Source of the DNA: Eledone cirrhosa
Taxonomy: Eukaryota
Direction of reading: 5' to 3'
Assembly (NCBI GenBank): GCA_964016885.1
Contig: OZ024743.1
Location: 103,168,001 to 103,232,000, forward strand
Length of the DNA stretch: 64,000 nt
Shown: piece by piece, positions 50,058 to 62,939 of the stretch
Numbering within the stretch: position 1 is the first letter of the stretch
How the letters are laid out: every line of letters starts with the position of its first letter
Program-made: the position numbers and the translations under genes
Notes under the pieces: generated by a model
What the model was told of the DNA's origin: nothing
The model's database searches: none
Seen by the model: only the letters and a program-made list of their open reading frames with translations

Positions 50058-51940
50058 TTATTAAGGCTTTACAGTTAGCCAAAGTCCCACAACAATTGGT
50101 AGCTGCTGTTGAACGCCTGACCAAGAACTGGTACACCAATTTGATCCTTAGAGGTGAGAAGGAGCAAGTTAAGACTGATAAGATACATTACCAGAAGGGC
50201 ATCTAACAGCGTGATAGCTTGTCAATACTACTCTTCGTTCTCTCACTAAATCCACTATCTTACCTACTCAGGAAACAAGGTGGACAAAGAAGTGGGTCCA
50301 GAAGTATCTCCCATCTTTTCTTTGTTGATGATCTGAAGTTGTATATCAATGACATCAAGAAACAATTGGACCTCATTACACAATTTTCAACAGACGTCAA
50401 AATGAAATTTGGTGAGTCCAAGTGTGCATATTTGGCAGTAAAACGTGGAAAAGCTGTGGCCTCCTCTAGTAATCTAGAGATGAACGGCCTGACAATACAA
50501 CCTCTACAGTCAGGTGACAACTACAGATATCTTGGACAGGATGAGAATGTCAGATATGATGGACCCATAAATAAGGAGAGAACCAGAACTGAATACCTCA
50601 GAAGAGTAAAGAAAATATGGTCATCAGAACTGTCAGCGTACAACAAATACATTACCCACAATACTTATGCTGTGCCAATTCTAAGGCCAACATTTGGCCT
50701 GCTGAACTGGTCATTGCAAGAACTAAGTGAGATGGATGTTAGAACTCGCAAACTTCTCAGTGTTACTGGGAACTTTAACATCAATGGTGATATGGATAGG
50801 CTATACTTCTCACGCAAGGAAGGTGGCCGGGGTCTAAAATCCATATTAACAACATATGAGACCCGGATAGTAACACTGAAGCAACATCTTCAACAGAGGA
50901 AAAAGGTTGGCAACCATCTTGCCCAGGTTTATGAGCATGAAAAAAAAAATATCATTAGAATAGCGACTGATCTGGAGGAGAGATATGGAATAAAGCCTGA
51001 TATAAATCTCTCACCCAGAGAAATCGGAAGATCATATTCAATGTTCAAACAAGATGAAAAAATTGACCAATTTACAGAAAAAGTTGTGCATGGATACTTG
51101 AGACGTATAACACAGACCATAGAGGGCATAAACCACTCTGGCATGGAGTTCCGACAAGTTTATGACATCACATCTTGAGGGATATCTCTATGCAATACAG
51201 GAACAAGAACTCCCTACCAAATATCTGCTGCACAAAAGGGGAGGGCCAGCAGCTGACAATAAATGTAGGCTATGTAAAACAAAGATCGAGGATGTAAGCC
51301 ACATTGTTGCCAGCTGCGAAAGAATGTCATCTCGCTACTACCTCCCCATGAGACACGATGGGATATTTAGAACCATCTGGAACGCACTTCGGAAAACAAG
51401 ATTAACAACAAACGAGGAAGAATATATTAAGACAGATGGCACTAAGGAATACTGGTGGAACCTGAAAATAAAAACTGCCACCAAATTAAAGCACAACCGG
51501 CCTGATATTGTTGTTTGGGACCACACATTGAAAACGTGTTCTGTTGTGGAGATCAGCTGCCCACTTGCTGTAAACGTTGTCAGAAAAATACAGGAGAAGG
51601 AGGAAATATACGGACCATTGATGAGGAGTTTACAAATCCAGTATCCAAGATACACCTTTAGCTTCAAACCCATCATTATTGGAGCTACGGGTTATATACC
51701 AACCCGCTTGGACCAAAGTATGACTGAACTTGGATTTGCGGACAAAAAGCGCAGCTCCCTAATTCATAGTCTACAAATGGCTGCGATAGCTGGCACCTTC
51801 AAAATTTGCAAAACATTGCGATTCAAGGGATGACAATTTCTTTTCTTTTACAACTTTGCCACCAGGAAGGTGGCCGGTAAAGAAAAAATATACTCGAAAT
51901 TAAGAGAAAGAGATAACATACATATATACATACATACATA
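50057..51940 (+). mobile_element. 5'-truncated second copy of the same element with CATA tail
   Basis: Near-identical to 48179-50057, tail at 51917-51940. Confidence 0.94.
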
Positions 51941-54900
51941 GACAGTCAACGCGATCAGTCGCATATTTTGGCGTGGGAGACTATTTATTAAATTTAAGAT
52001 GAATACTATCTCCGACAGTAATGCCTCAACTACAGTCATGTTGAATAACTGGTTATTCTTCTAACTATCCCTTCTGAAGACACCTTTTATTCGAATTCGT
52101 AGAGATATCCGCCTAAATACATAATTCATTTTACAAGGATTTGCTACAAACAGCATGGCTGAACACAACATCAACAAAAAAATTAAGGAAGTACCGAAGA
52201 CAAATAACAAGGAAGGTAATCAAACTTTATTCAGTTGTAGCTACAGAAGAAACCGAAATTATAAATCGCATTTCTCTTGGAGCTGCGAACTTAATGATTT
52301 ATTTAATTGTTATAAAATGGCAAACAAAATACAATCCCTCCATTGGCTATATGAATAGAATGAAGCTACACTGGGACGAAATGCACCCAGAGCTAAATTA
52401 TTTCACAGCGAAACAATTACGCCAACAAGCGACGTTTGTTGAACGTAAAAATAAGATAAATATTATTAATTGTATGTCCCCCCACAACAAACATGTTATC
52501 AACAACACGCGCTACAGGTCGCCATGCTACTAGACTTCCTAAAAGCCAGGTCGAACAGTGCCTTGAAACAACTATGTCTGTAAGAAATTTGACACCACCT
52601 GTACCATATAAGTCTACCTCAAATGCTGGGGAAAACACTATCGATAATAATAATAATCGAAGAAATTTGACACGACGTGTACCTTCCGAGTCTACCTCGA
52701 TTATTGTGGAAAATACTATCGATAATGATAATCAAAAGTATAAACAATTGAAAATTTCCCTCAATGAAATCTTCCAGAGAGAAATTAACTAATGTATAAA
52801 TATTTCCTTTGCTGAACGTGTTAAAGGACAATGTTGAATAAAAAACCAAATAATGAAATATTACGTGTTATTCACGAAATAGGAGATGAATATTTACGAC
52901 GGATGAAAACACCAACATTTTGACAAATCAACGCCTGTTTATATGCCTTAGCAATGATAGTGAAGCATTAACTTGGTGATAGCAGAGATATTAACAAGAA
53001 CAAAACACCACCAAAAATACCATCATATATAACTAAAATAGAAAAAAAAGATTGCTGACATAGGATATGTGACAATGCTCCTTACATGCAAACAAACACA
53101 ACAAAAACCTCACTCCTCACCAACAAAGAGTGAAAAATAAAATAGAGACGATATTTGGTAACAGTAGAACCAAAACTCTTCAATATAAGCTGATCACCCT
53201 CAAACAAGAATTGAGAGCTGTTAGCGAAAAACGTCGATACCTGAAGAAGGTAGATGAGAGAAAAGTGTTTAATAAAAGATTCAGACGAACCAAAGATTCA
53301 GACGAAACCAAACATCAGTCTATAGAGATATGAAGGGCAAAATAATAAGTGTCACAGAAAGACATATATTCCTTTTGGAGCAAAATATGGGGTGAAAAGA
53401 AGAATTTCAACCAAGATGCAGTGTGGCTAAGAGAAATCCGAAAGAACTATTGCTCCTACACTACAACAAAAACATACGAAATAAGTGAGGGTACACTTGA
53501 GACTGTGATAGGAAAACTCCAAGATAAGAAAACACCAGGAAGAGACATGATTGTCGGCTACTGGTACAAAAAAAACTGATATTCTATCGGAGGTGTCTTA
53601 CTGACCTTTACCTACAAGTTCTTAAGGGAGATACACTTATACCAGAATGGTTGACATTAGCACAAACATTACACCGTCCCCAAGAACAAAGACGCCCACT
53701 TTGCAAAAAACTACCGACCCATTGCATGCCAGAACCTGATGTATAAGATGTATACAGCCTGCCTGAACCTATTCCTCCAAGATCACTGTGAAAATAATAA
53801 CATCATCACAGATTAACAAGCAGCTTGAAAGAAAGGGGCTTGGGGATGTGCTGAACAACTCCTAATCAACAAAACTGCGATGTCGGAGGTGCGACAACTC
53901 AGGAGGAATATGACTACAGTCTGGCTGGACTACAGGAAAGCTTTCGATTCTGTTCCCCACTCTTGGATGATAGAGGCCCTCCAACTTGCTAAAGTCCCAG
54001 ACATTATTGTCAGAGCCATAGAGAGGCTGTCTTCTTCTTGGGCTACTATCCTAAGGTTAAAGACAGAGAGGGAGGACTCTATTTTCACTGATAAAATAAA
54101 ATATTGCAGGGGTATATTTCAGGGGGACAGTCTCTCTGTGATATTATTCATCTTGTCATTACACCTCTTGTCCTTTCTGCTCAAGAAATGTGAGGGATAC
54201 ATCATTGGTTCACAGGAGGACAGAAATACGAACCTAACCCATAATTTCTTTGTGGACGATCTGAAACTCTATGCCAAGAACATGGATGGGATGAAGAAAA
54301 ATCTTGACCTGGTTACAACGTTCTCAAAGGATATAGGAATGGAGTTTGGCCAATATAAATTCTCATACATGACTGTAAAGCGGGGAAAAACAACAACCCA
54401 ATCTAGCAACATTGTCACAATGGCCTAACTGTTTCACCGATATCTGATGAGGACTGCTACAGATACCTGGGGATAGATGAGAACATATCCTATAATGGTA
54501 TCTGTAATAAAGAACGCGTAACCAAGGAATACTACACCCGATTAAGAAAGATCTGGTCATCGGAACTCTCTGCGCAAAACAAAACAGTGGCTCACAATGT
54601 GTTTGCTGTGCCTGTCCTAACACCAACGTTTGAAATACTCAATTGGAGGATAGACGAAATCCGAGCAGTTGATGTTGGAACTCGAAAAATACTGAACACC
54701 ACCGGAAACTTCCACATCAACAGTGACATAGACCGCCTTTACTTGAAACGTAAGCAGGGAGGCAGAGGCCTAACATCAGTCCAGACAACATTTGAATGTC
54801 GCATCATATCTCTCCGACAACATCTACGAATCTCGAAGCGTAGGAGCCCGATTTTCGAGCAAGTCTGTCTGCATGAAACAGATAGGATCATGAGAGTTGG

Positions 54901-55794
54901 GAAGGAACTCCTCGAGAGATATTCCATGTGCGATGTCACTGACAAAACACCTAGATGTGATAACAAGTGCAGACTCTGCAGAACTAACATCGAGTATATC
55001 ACCCATGTCATCAACAGCTGTCCAAAGATGTCATCGCGGTACTATCTACCTATGAGGCGTGATGTAGTGGCCAAAACACTGTACAGTGCAGTTCGTAAAA
55101 AAGATAGCCCCGATAATAAACACATTAAAAGCTACAGCAATGTGGAAGACATCCATGTACATAATATGAAAGAGTACTGGTGGAATGTTCCAGTAAAAAC
55201 CCCCAATAAAATGCAGGCATAACAGACCAGATATTATGATATGGGACAGGGAGAAGAAAGCATGCACAGTAGTGGAAATTAGCTGCCCAGCAGATGCCAA
55301 TATAATATCAAAGATTAGTGAAAAGAACATTTATGCAGAACTGATGAGAAATCTGCAGATACTCCACCCTGATTACACCTTCAGATTTATGCCTGTGATT
55401 ATTGGGGCACTGGGGTATGTTAGTAATTGCCTCAATACAAATCTAGAGAAGCTAGGCTTCACAGGAACAGAAAGAACACAACTAGTTAGGAAATTACAAG
55501 TACAATCCATTAATGGAACAGTAAAAATATGTAAGACATTCCCAAAATGTTGCATCTAATAACTGCATATACACATATACAGATGTAAAGCATATACACA
55601 TGCATAGATACAACTCAAAACATACACATCCACACATAAAATAACATCCATATCTACACATGCATGCATACATACATACCTCCCTAGTTGATGTTGTGTA
55701 AATTCCAATGAGAGAGTCTTGTGTCTATGTTAGAAACTGACTCTCTCTATTGATACAACTTTGTGAAATTATAAAACCAAAAGAACATACATAC
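51941..55794 (+). mobile_element. Related but distinct R4-clade element, degenerate, with CATA tail
   Basis: N-terminal GYMNRMKLHWDEMHPEL..QLRQQA, RT (WLDYRKAFDS, FFVDDLKL), CRLC..HVINSC, VEISCP. Internal deletion near 54950, 3' hairpin gagagagtc/gactctctc, end aacatacatac. Confidence 0.9.
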
Positions 55795-56530
55795 CTATAT
55801 ATGCATGGTTCCTAAGATTTGGAAAGATTTCCCTTATGTAGTCAGTTCCAACACACGCCGTCTGCAAAAGTCAAGCTCATCTCTCAAAACAACTGTATTT
55901 AACTTCAACATTAGTGTTGTATCCCGGTGTCATTGAGTGTTTTGGGCCTTTCAAAATACATCTTCGTCTGAGTGACCTATCCGAGGTTGAACAAACTTCA
56001 ACCTGTTAAATTTTATCTGATGTCAACACGAAGGAAATTGAAGATATGACGCAATATAAATTTTGTTGTTAGTTTTTATTCAAGATTTGATAGCAAACAT
56101 TATCTTTAAAATGAAGATTTTGGTTCTTTGGGGTTTCATTTAATCTCTGTACTGAATAATAGAAGTTTAAATATATTTTAAATAGTCTTAACGTATGAAT
56201 ACTATTCTCTATTAAATTACGTAAAATTTCTGAACATCGTCTGATATAAAGATATCAATACAAACAAGTTCACGATGATATGTGGAAGAACAAAGACATT
56301 TTCGGAATGTGTTTTTCTTTCTTCTGCATCGCTTTAAGAATCCGATTTCTTTAATTAATCACTGAAAAAATAATATTTGCATGTCATTGAAGTTCTTAAA
56401 TAACCAAACATAATACAATACAATCAGTAAATGTTTTTCAAATAAAAGTATATATTTTTTTCAAATAAAAGTAACACATATGTAGAAGTCTGGTTAAATT
56501 GATATAAATGAGTTATGAATTGAAAGCAAT

Positions 56531-58259
56531 CACCGTGTAACATATTTTTTGTTCCCCGGTTCTAAGTGTCATTTCATGGTTTGTTATATCCCATTATTAT
56601 AGAAAAACACTATTATTTAATCAGAAGTTTGGGTTTGTGGTCAGGAGTTTGATATTTCGAAATTTTCATATTTTTCAAGAAAAAACACATTTTTTTTTAA
56701 TTTATCAGTTCATATAATTAAATCAACAGAGTATATATTTATTTTATTACACAAGCTTATCAAGTAAAACAAGTAAAAACAAATAACATTTATAAAGCAA
56801 CTTATACACGTCAGAAATGACTGGATTTCCTGGATTTGCGGTTGTAGTCCAGGTCGTATTCCCGCACTAGCCCCCAGATATAGTCCCCCTTTGTAGTTTT
56901 CATTGTAGTGGCACTGGTACCTCCGCTCTATCTCTTTCACATCTTGGTGGAATCGTTTGCCTTGTTCTTCTGAGTAGGCGCCTATATTGTCCTTGAATTT
57001 TTCCAGGTGAGCGTCCAGCATATGGGGTTTAAGTGATATCCTGCATCCCATAGCGCCAAAAGCCTTTATCAGATCCTGCACCAGTTGCTGGTAGTTTTCA
57101 GTTGCCCAGGAAGCCCTTAACAACTGCCTTGAAACAGTTCCATGCTGTTCTCTCAATCCTATTGAGCATATTGGAGAACTCTGTAGACTCAAACACCTGC
57201 TTTATCTGAGGTCCAACAAAAATTCCACCTTTGATTTTGGCCTCAGATAACTTGGGAAAGAACTCAAGAAGGTACTTAAAAGCAGCTGATTCTTGGTTGA
57301 GAGCCTTCATAAACTGCTTCATCAACCCCAACTTAATGTGCAGTGGCAGCGTAAGCACAATCCTGGGATCAACCAGTGGCTCCCACATGACGTTCCGGGT
57401 CCCAACTACAAATTCTGTTCGCTGCGCCCAGTTCTTTCTTCTGTAGTGGTCAGAGGTGGCTCTGCTGTCCCAAAGGCAGAGGAAGCATTGGAATTTGATA
57501 AAGCCTCATTGGAGTCTAAGAAGGAAAGCGACCATCTTGAAGTCTCCAATGATTTCCCAATTGTACTGGTTGTATTGCAGAGCTTCCAAGAGGACTTTCA
57601 CACTGTAGTAATCTTCCGTCAGGCAGACTGAATGAGCTAGAGGCAGTGTCGGGAACTTGTTTCCATTGTGGAGGAGGACAGCCTTCAAACTTGTGGTGGA
57701 GCTGTCTATAAATAGCCGCCACTCCTTGGGTACAAATGGCACCCAATAACGTCAAACAGTCCAGGCACGTCATGACAGAAGCAGAGGCCATCCCTAAGAG
57801 TGTAAAAGCCTGAGAAAGGTTTGTGTCGACTTCTCTGACTCGTCACCTACACTTCCTCCTTGACCAAGTTCCACTGCTTCATCCTGGAGACGAATGCTTA
57901 AAACACAACTTACCCTTTATTCAGGGTGCGAAAATCCAGTATCAATAAATCTCTTTAATCCACTTTTTAACAATTTTATACTTTATTGCACTTTTATAAT
58001 TTTCTTTAGGTATTACTCTTTATTATATAATTTTAATTTAACCTGAAACATATATAAAAAAATCATTTAACGTAAGCAAATTAAACTTACATACAACGTA
58101 AAATCCAGCATACAAATAATTCTAGTGAATAGCTTAGAATGTTTACAAACCCAAACTTTTAACTGTTTAATAGCACTTTTTTTTTCTTTGGGACCTAATA
58201 ACACACAAAAGTGATTACAAGCCAGGAACAGAGAAAAACACATTTTTTGTTACACGGTG
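56531..58259 (-). mobile_element. Chapaev3 (CMC superfamily) DNA transposon, internally deleted and inactivated
   Basis: Terminal inverted repeats caccgtgtaaca / tgttacacggtg. Transposase motifs EWRLFIDSS..SLKAVLLHNGN, GDFKMV, CFLCLWDSR, PLHIKLGLMKQF, GIFVGPQI, SEEQG.RFHQD. No clean target-site duplication seen (aat / taa). Confidence 0.88.
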
Positions 58260-58969
58260 TAAGATTCAAGGGAAATTTTGTTACACGTTAAGATTTAGGA
58301 TGAATAGCACAATGATACCACAGTAACTATTATAGTCATGCAGTAATTCCCTTTGTCATACCATTTATAGTATTGCTAAAAGGTGGGGGTATATTTCATG
58401 GAATATGGTAGAATGTGTATGAGTATAATTGTAGGCGGAAATAACATGGAATATCTTAAACGAATGTGCTGAAATTAATTTCAAAATTTAAGCATTAATG
58501 CATAATATATGTATATAAAACAAATTCCAGCGAGGAGCCTTCTCCACTATCAGTCGAGATGTTAGATAAATCAGTCAAAGTTTCACCCAAATCAAATTCC
58601 TTGAAAGAAAAGAGACAGACACGTTGGTTGATGTACTTCTATATAATGGAACTACATGATCTGGAACTAAACATCATAATAGCTGTGATTATCTCGTATT
58701 TTATTCAAACGTCATCTACAGCTAAATTATGTAATGTTACATTTTAAAAAGAAATCATGGTGTAGTTTGGGGGTAGATTTGGTGGCTGTTTCCAGCAAGT
58801 GTAGCCGTTACGAAGGTTGCTCAATTGCTGGAAAGGTTATATATTAGTTATAAGTTGCTGCTCTGTATATGTACATTTCAAAAACAATCATAGAATTTAA
58901 TTTACAATGGATACGAACATAGCCTAATAGGAACGGGACGAATTATGCATACGCCGACATCAAATTAAA

Positions 58970-59330
58970 TTTCGTAGGGTATTACATTTATTAACTCTGA
59001 CTTGGACGAGTTAGTCTCCATTTCGACAACTGATATAGTTAGAATATATTTCTAAAGGCCGTCAATGGCGGACTTAACAGAACCTCCCAGTGTCTCGTCT
59101 ACCAGGGACCATACATTGAACGGCGAATGGATTGTTTTCGCAATGTCGTTGAGGGAAAACGCAAAAAAGTGCGCACCGAGAGAATCACCTTGCTTGACAC
59201 ATGTATCAGTTGTGATGATATTACCAGCAATAATTAACATGACAGGCAGATTGCAAGGGTGATGTGTCAGTAGAAACGTAGAAGAGGCGAGATTTAGGCG
59301 CACTTCTAGGATGTGGCCTCACTTAACGCT
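58970..59330 (-). mobile_element. Degenerate CRE-like reverse transcriptase fragment
   Basis: VKQGDSLGAHFF..SPFNVWSLVDETLGG resembles QGDPLG..WYLDD.TLGG. Confidence 0.6.
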
Positions 59331-61422
59331 ATTAAAATGGGTTACCATGTCCATCTTTACAAGGTGGGGTGTCGATAAGGCTACATGTTCAACGAAGGAA
59401 CATGAGAGAGGCATACGACGTGATAGAGGCATACGATTAATACAAATGAACTTTGTGTACCGTATTGTATCACTCAGACATCATCTACTAATTAGTAATT
59501 GGAGAAATGAGTACATCGCAGATGTATATAATAACATCAATAATAATAGTAACATGTGAGGAGCTCCTGACTAGGTATTCTAAGTATTCAGCTATTCTAT
59601 GTGACCTATCATCACTAGATTGCTATTCACGAGCATACATTCCGAAAACATACCTGATCAAGAAGTGCGATAACGATGCTTTCAAAACGCTACACTGAAA
59701 GATAAAATGTCAATCAGGAAACATACGTGCATAAAGCATTACCTATATCATTGCCTACTACCCTAAAATATCTACATATTATTATATTCCCATGAAACAT
59801 GACATTGTTGCGAATAATGTGCTCAATGTTATCCGTAGAAAAAATTGTCTTTACCATCAAACCATTGGCATGCGTAAACCATATTGTACCTGCATCTCCA
59901 AAACATAAGGGACACTGCTGGAATAATCCAATAGAAAGAGCAATCCGATCGAATGACAATTAATCAGATTTTCTTCTGTGTAACCTGGAACAAACCCCAT
60001 ACACTGTTGTAGAAGTCAGCTGTCAGGGAGCTATGAATGCCTGGTCCAAATTGTGGAAAAAGTAAACATGTATTGGAAACAAAGGATAAATCCACAACTC
60101 TTGAAACCTGGATATAAATTGTGTTCCACCTATTGCTATAGGTGAATTAGATTACGTAAAAAAAATGTACATAAATGACTGGAAATTGAAGGGGTTTTCC
60201 CAGAAGGAACGAAGCGGACTGATCTGTAGCCCCCACATCAAAAATCGATTTGTAGTACAAGCATGATTTGCAAAAATCTTCCCATGATTTCAACATACGA
60301 GTTTCACAAAGTGATCACATGCAACGCCATCACAATTATCCATGTCGTATAGAGACGCATATATATAAAAGTAATCACACACACCAAAGCACAAAAGAGA
60401 CCTGCAAGCACATTGCATAAGTGCATTGATATTCACACATGCAACCTCATATGTGCACACATTAACTCGCTTTCATATATTCACAAATTTCTAGAACAGT
60501 TTTGACTCAAACAAAGACGCCTTGTCACTTTGATAGTGCCCGGCATGAATTCTGCAAAGAACTTAAATATTAAATATTAAAGAAAACACATACATAGGTA
60601 GTCTTCTATTATTTTCTTTCTAAATTCAACTCAATATATTAGTTTCCATAAAATTCAAACAATTGAAACGATTGTGATATCTATTTAATGTTACTACAAT
60701 AAAGTTGATCTAGGATTCGCACTTAAACCCTGCACTCTATGACCAAACTTAACCTTCTAATCTATAAGTTTAACCTTAGTATATATGAAACAGAAGAAAT
60801 TGCTATTTCATGCGGAATTATTTTATTACAAATGAAGAGGAAGAAAGGCGGGAAAATGTAGGTTAAGTCAAAGACTTTTGAGTGGAGGAGGGTGTTGTGG
60901 TAATGAAAGGATTTAATAAAGTGTTTTAGTGCATGTTGCATGTTTGTTGTTGCCGTTGACTTCCATGTTGCCGCTGCCGTCGACTTTGTTGTTGTCGTCA
61001 TCGTCAATCATCGTCGTCGTCAACGATTACCCTGTTGCTGTTTCTGTTGCTGATGCTTTTGTTGTTGATGTTGTTGCTGTTGTTGTTGTTATAGTTTTTA
61101 ATATATTACAACAATGACCTACGGATGAATGTTGGGTGTGAATGCTATCAATTTTAATTTCGGGTGTGAGTACATGTAGTAAAATCTATTACAAAATGTA
61201 TTACTAGAAATATGAGCCAAAATTCCTTTAAATTCCGCTGTACCCGCCTCAGAAAAGAAAAATACACATTCGGTTTTACAGTCCGAGATACTTCTAAAAA
61301 TATGAGATTTTCATGATTGGAATATTTTTAATATCTTTGATCAAATGGTTGGGTTTAGGCAGGAATATAAAACCACATCTCATATTATCTTGCGAATGAT
61401 TGCATCAGTATAACACACACAC

Positions 61423-61454
<32 letters not shown>

Positions 61455-61459
<5 letters not shown>

Positions 61460-61640
61460 GGTTTCTACTTTAGGCACAAGGCCAGCAATTACCCAGTGCA
61501 TTACTGGTACTTTATTTTATCGACCCCGTAAGGATGAAAGGCAAAGTCAACCTCGGCGGGATTTGAACTCAGATCGTAATGGGATGTAACTATGCTGGAA
61601 AGCATGGCGTCCGACCCTCTACCGATACTGCCAATCCACC
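61455..61640 (-). mobile_element. tRNA-derived SINE with Tx1-like 3' end
   Basis: Minus strand: tggcagtatcggtagag (A box), gagttcaaatccc (B box), tttgcctttcatcc..gtcgataaaat, end ccttgtgcctaaagtagaaaccatta. Confidence 0.88.
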
Positions 61641-61690
61641 TTATATATATATATAATATAAGATCAAAAGATGGTTAAAAGAGTTCCAAG

Positions 61691-61761
61691 TATTTTATTA
61701 TGCGCATTTCAAAAACAAATATCATCATGCGATGATATCTGCGTTTTCATCAGATAAAATA
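61691..61761 (-). ncRNA. Minimal type I hammerhead ribozyme (inverted copy)
   Basis: Reverse complement of 62432-62502 with an intact core. Confidence 0.85.
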
Positions 61762-62431
61762 GGGATACATGTTATGAAGGTTAAAAAACACTTGTGAATA
61801 GTGAAGTTTTAAATCAACATATGAAAAATAATTTAAGATTGATGTGTGATATTGGGAAAAAAAGTGATGGGGGGTGGTGAGAAAGAGGAGGAGATGAGAG
61901 TAGAGAATGATGGGGGAGGAGTATAAGAAGGAAGGATGAGAGAGGAGGAGAGATGGGTGATAGAGAGAGAGAGATAGCCTTTACAACTGAGAAAAAATAT
62001 ATATTGTCTCACAGAGAGAAGTTAAAAAGCCGTTGGAAGATAATAGATAATTTAAAAGAATTTGAAATTAAAAGTTGATGAAGAGAAAAAGGGGGGTTAA
62101 GAATAATATTAAATTAAGGTTTGTATATTGAAGGGTTTAATAATATGTGCGAGGAAAAGAAATTGTTAATATGTATTATTAAAATAAAAATATTAATGTT
62201 ATTAAGGATATACTGTGAAAAGAAGTAGTAGAGTGGATGAGTTATGAATTTAGAGGAATTATTTAGTGTTTAAGTTTGTTTTTATGTAATGTAATATGTG
62301 TGCGTTATATATGTAAATAGTTCGTTTACAAATGAGCGCAGAAAACAAAGAAGACAATAATGTTGATTTAATATGTTCATTTAAAACTTCACTATTCACA
62401 AGTGTTTTTTAACCTTCATATCATGTATCCC

Positions 62432-62502
62432 TATTTTATCTGATGAAAACGCAGATACCCTCGCATGATGATATTTGTTTTTGAAATGCGCATAATAAAA
62501 TA
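62432..62502 (+). ncRNA. Minimal type I hammerhead ribozyme
   Basis: tattttat CTGATGA aaacgcagata..tatttgttttt GAAA tgcgca TA ataaaata. Stem I is 8 bp, stem III is palindromic, and cleavage is predicted after 62494. Confidence 0.85.
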
Positions 62503-62774
62503 CTTGGAACTCTTTTAACCATCTTTTGATCTTATATTATTTATACTCCAGTCCTACAAACTGTAGAGTGCTACTTATCCGATATTTGCATTGCTTTATT
62601 GTACTACAATAAAACTCACCTCCTACATATATATATATATGTATATATATATAGGTGGTGTAACGTCCAGTTACTGTAGGTTCACTAGAGTGAGCACTCG
62701 ATGAGTAGTTTCCAGTAAGTATAGAGGTATAGGACTAAGGAGAGTGTAATGACAATTATAAAAAAAGGACTATA

Positions 62775-62930
62775 CCAGTGCATTACTTGTGCTTTATTTT
62801 ATCGACCTCGTAAGGATGTAAGGCAAAGTTAACCTCGGCGGAATTTGAACTCAGAACATAAAGGGCCATAAGTCTATGTTGCAAAGCACGGTAGTCGATG
62901 TTCTACCGAATCTGCCAATCCACCGCCCTA
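62775..62930 (-). mobile_element. tRNA-derived SINE, 3' end missing
   Basis: Same family as 61455-61640. Confidence 0.85.
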
Positions 62931-62939
62931 ACTGTAACA

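Larger units (their letters stand above)
61653..62627. mobile_element. Non-coding Penelope-derived element with inverted 170-bp hammerhead-bearing arms, in (TA)n
   Basis: Arms at 61653-61822 and 62371-62540. The terminal segment tactccag...gtgct...ctac.tatata resembles the Penelope end at 26660-26760. Confidence 0.78.

Noticed and set aside
55705-55755. ATGA-led hairpin in the R4 3' UTR as a SECIS element
   Set aside because: It lacks the 3' GA of the non-Watson-Crick quartet and is better explained as an ordinary LINE 3' stem-loop.
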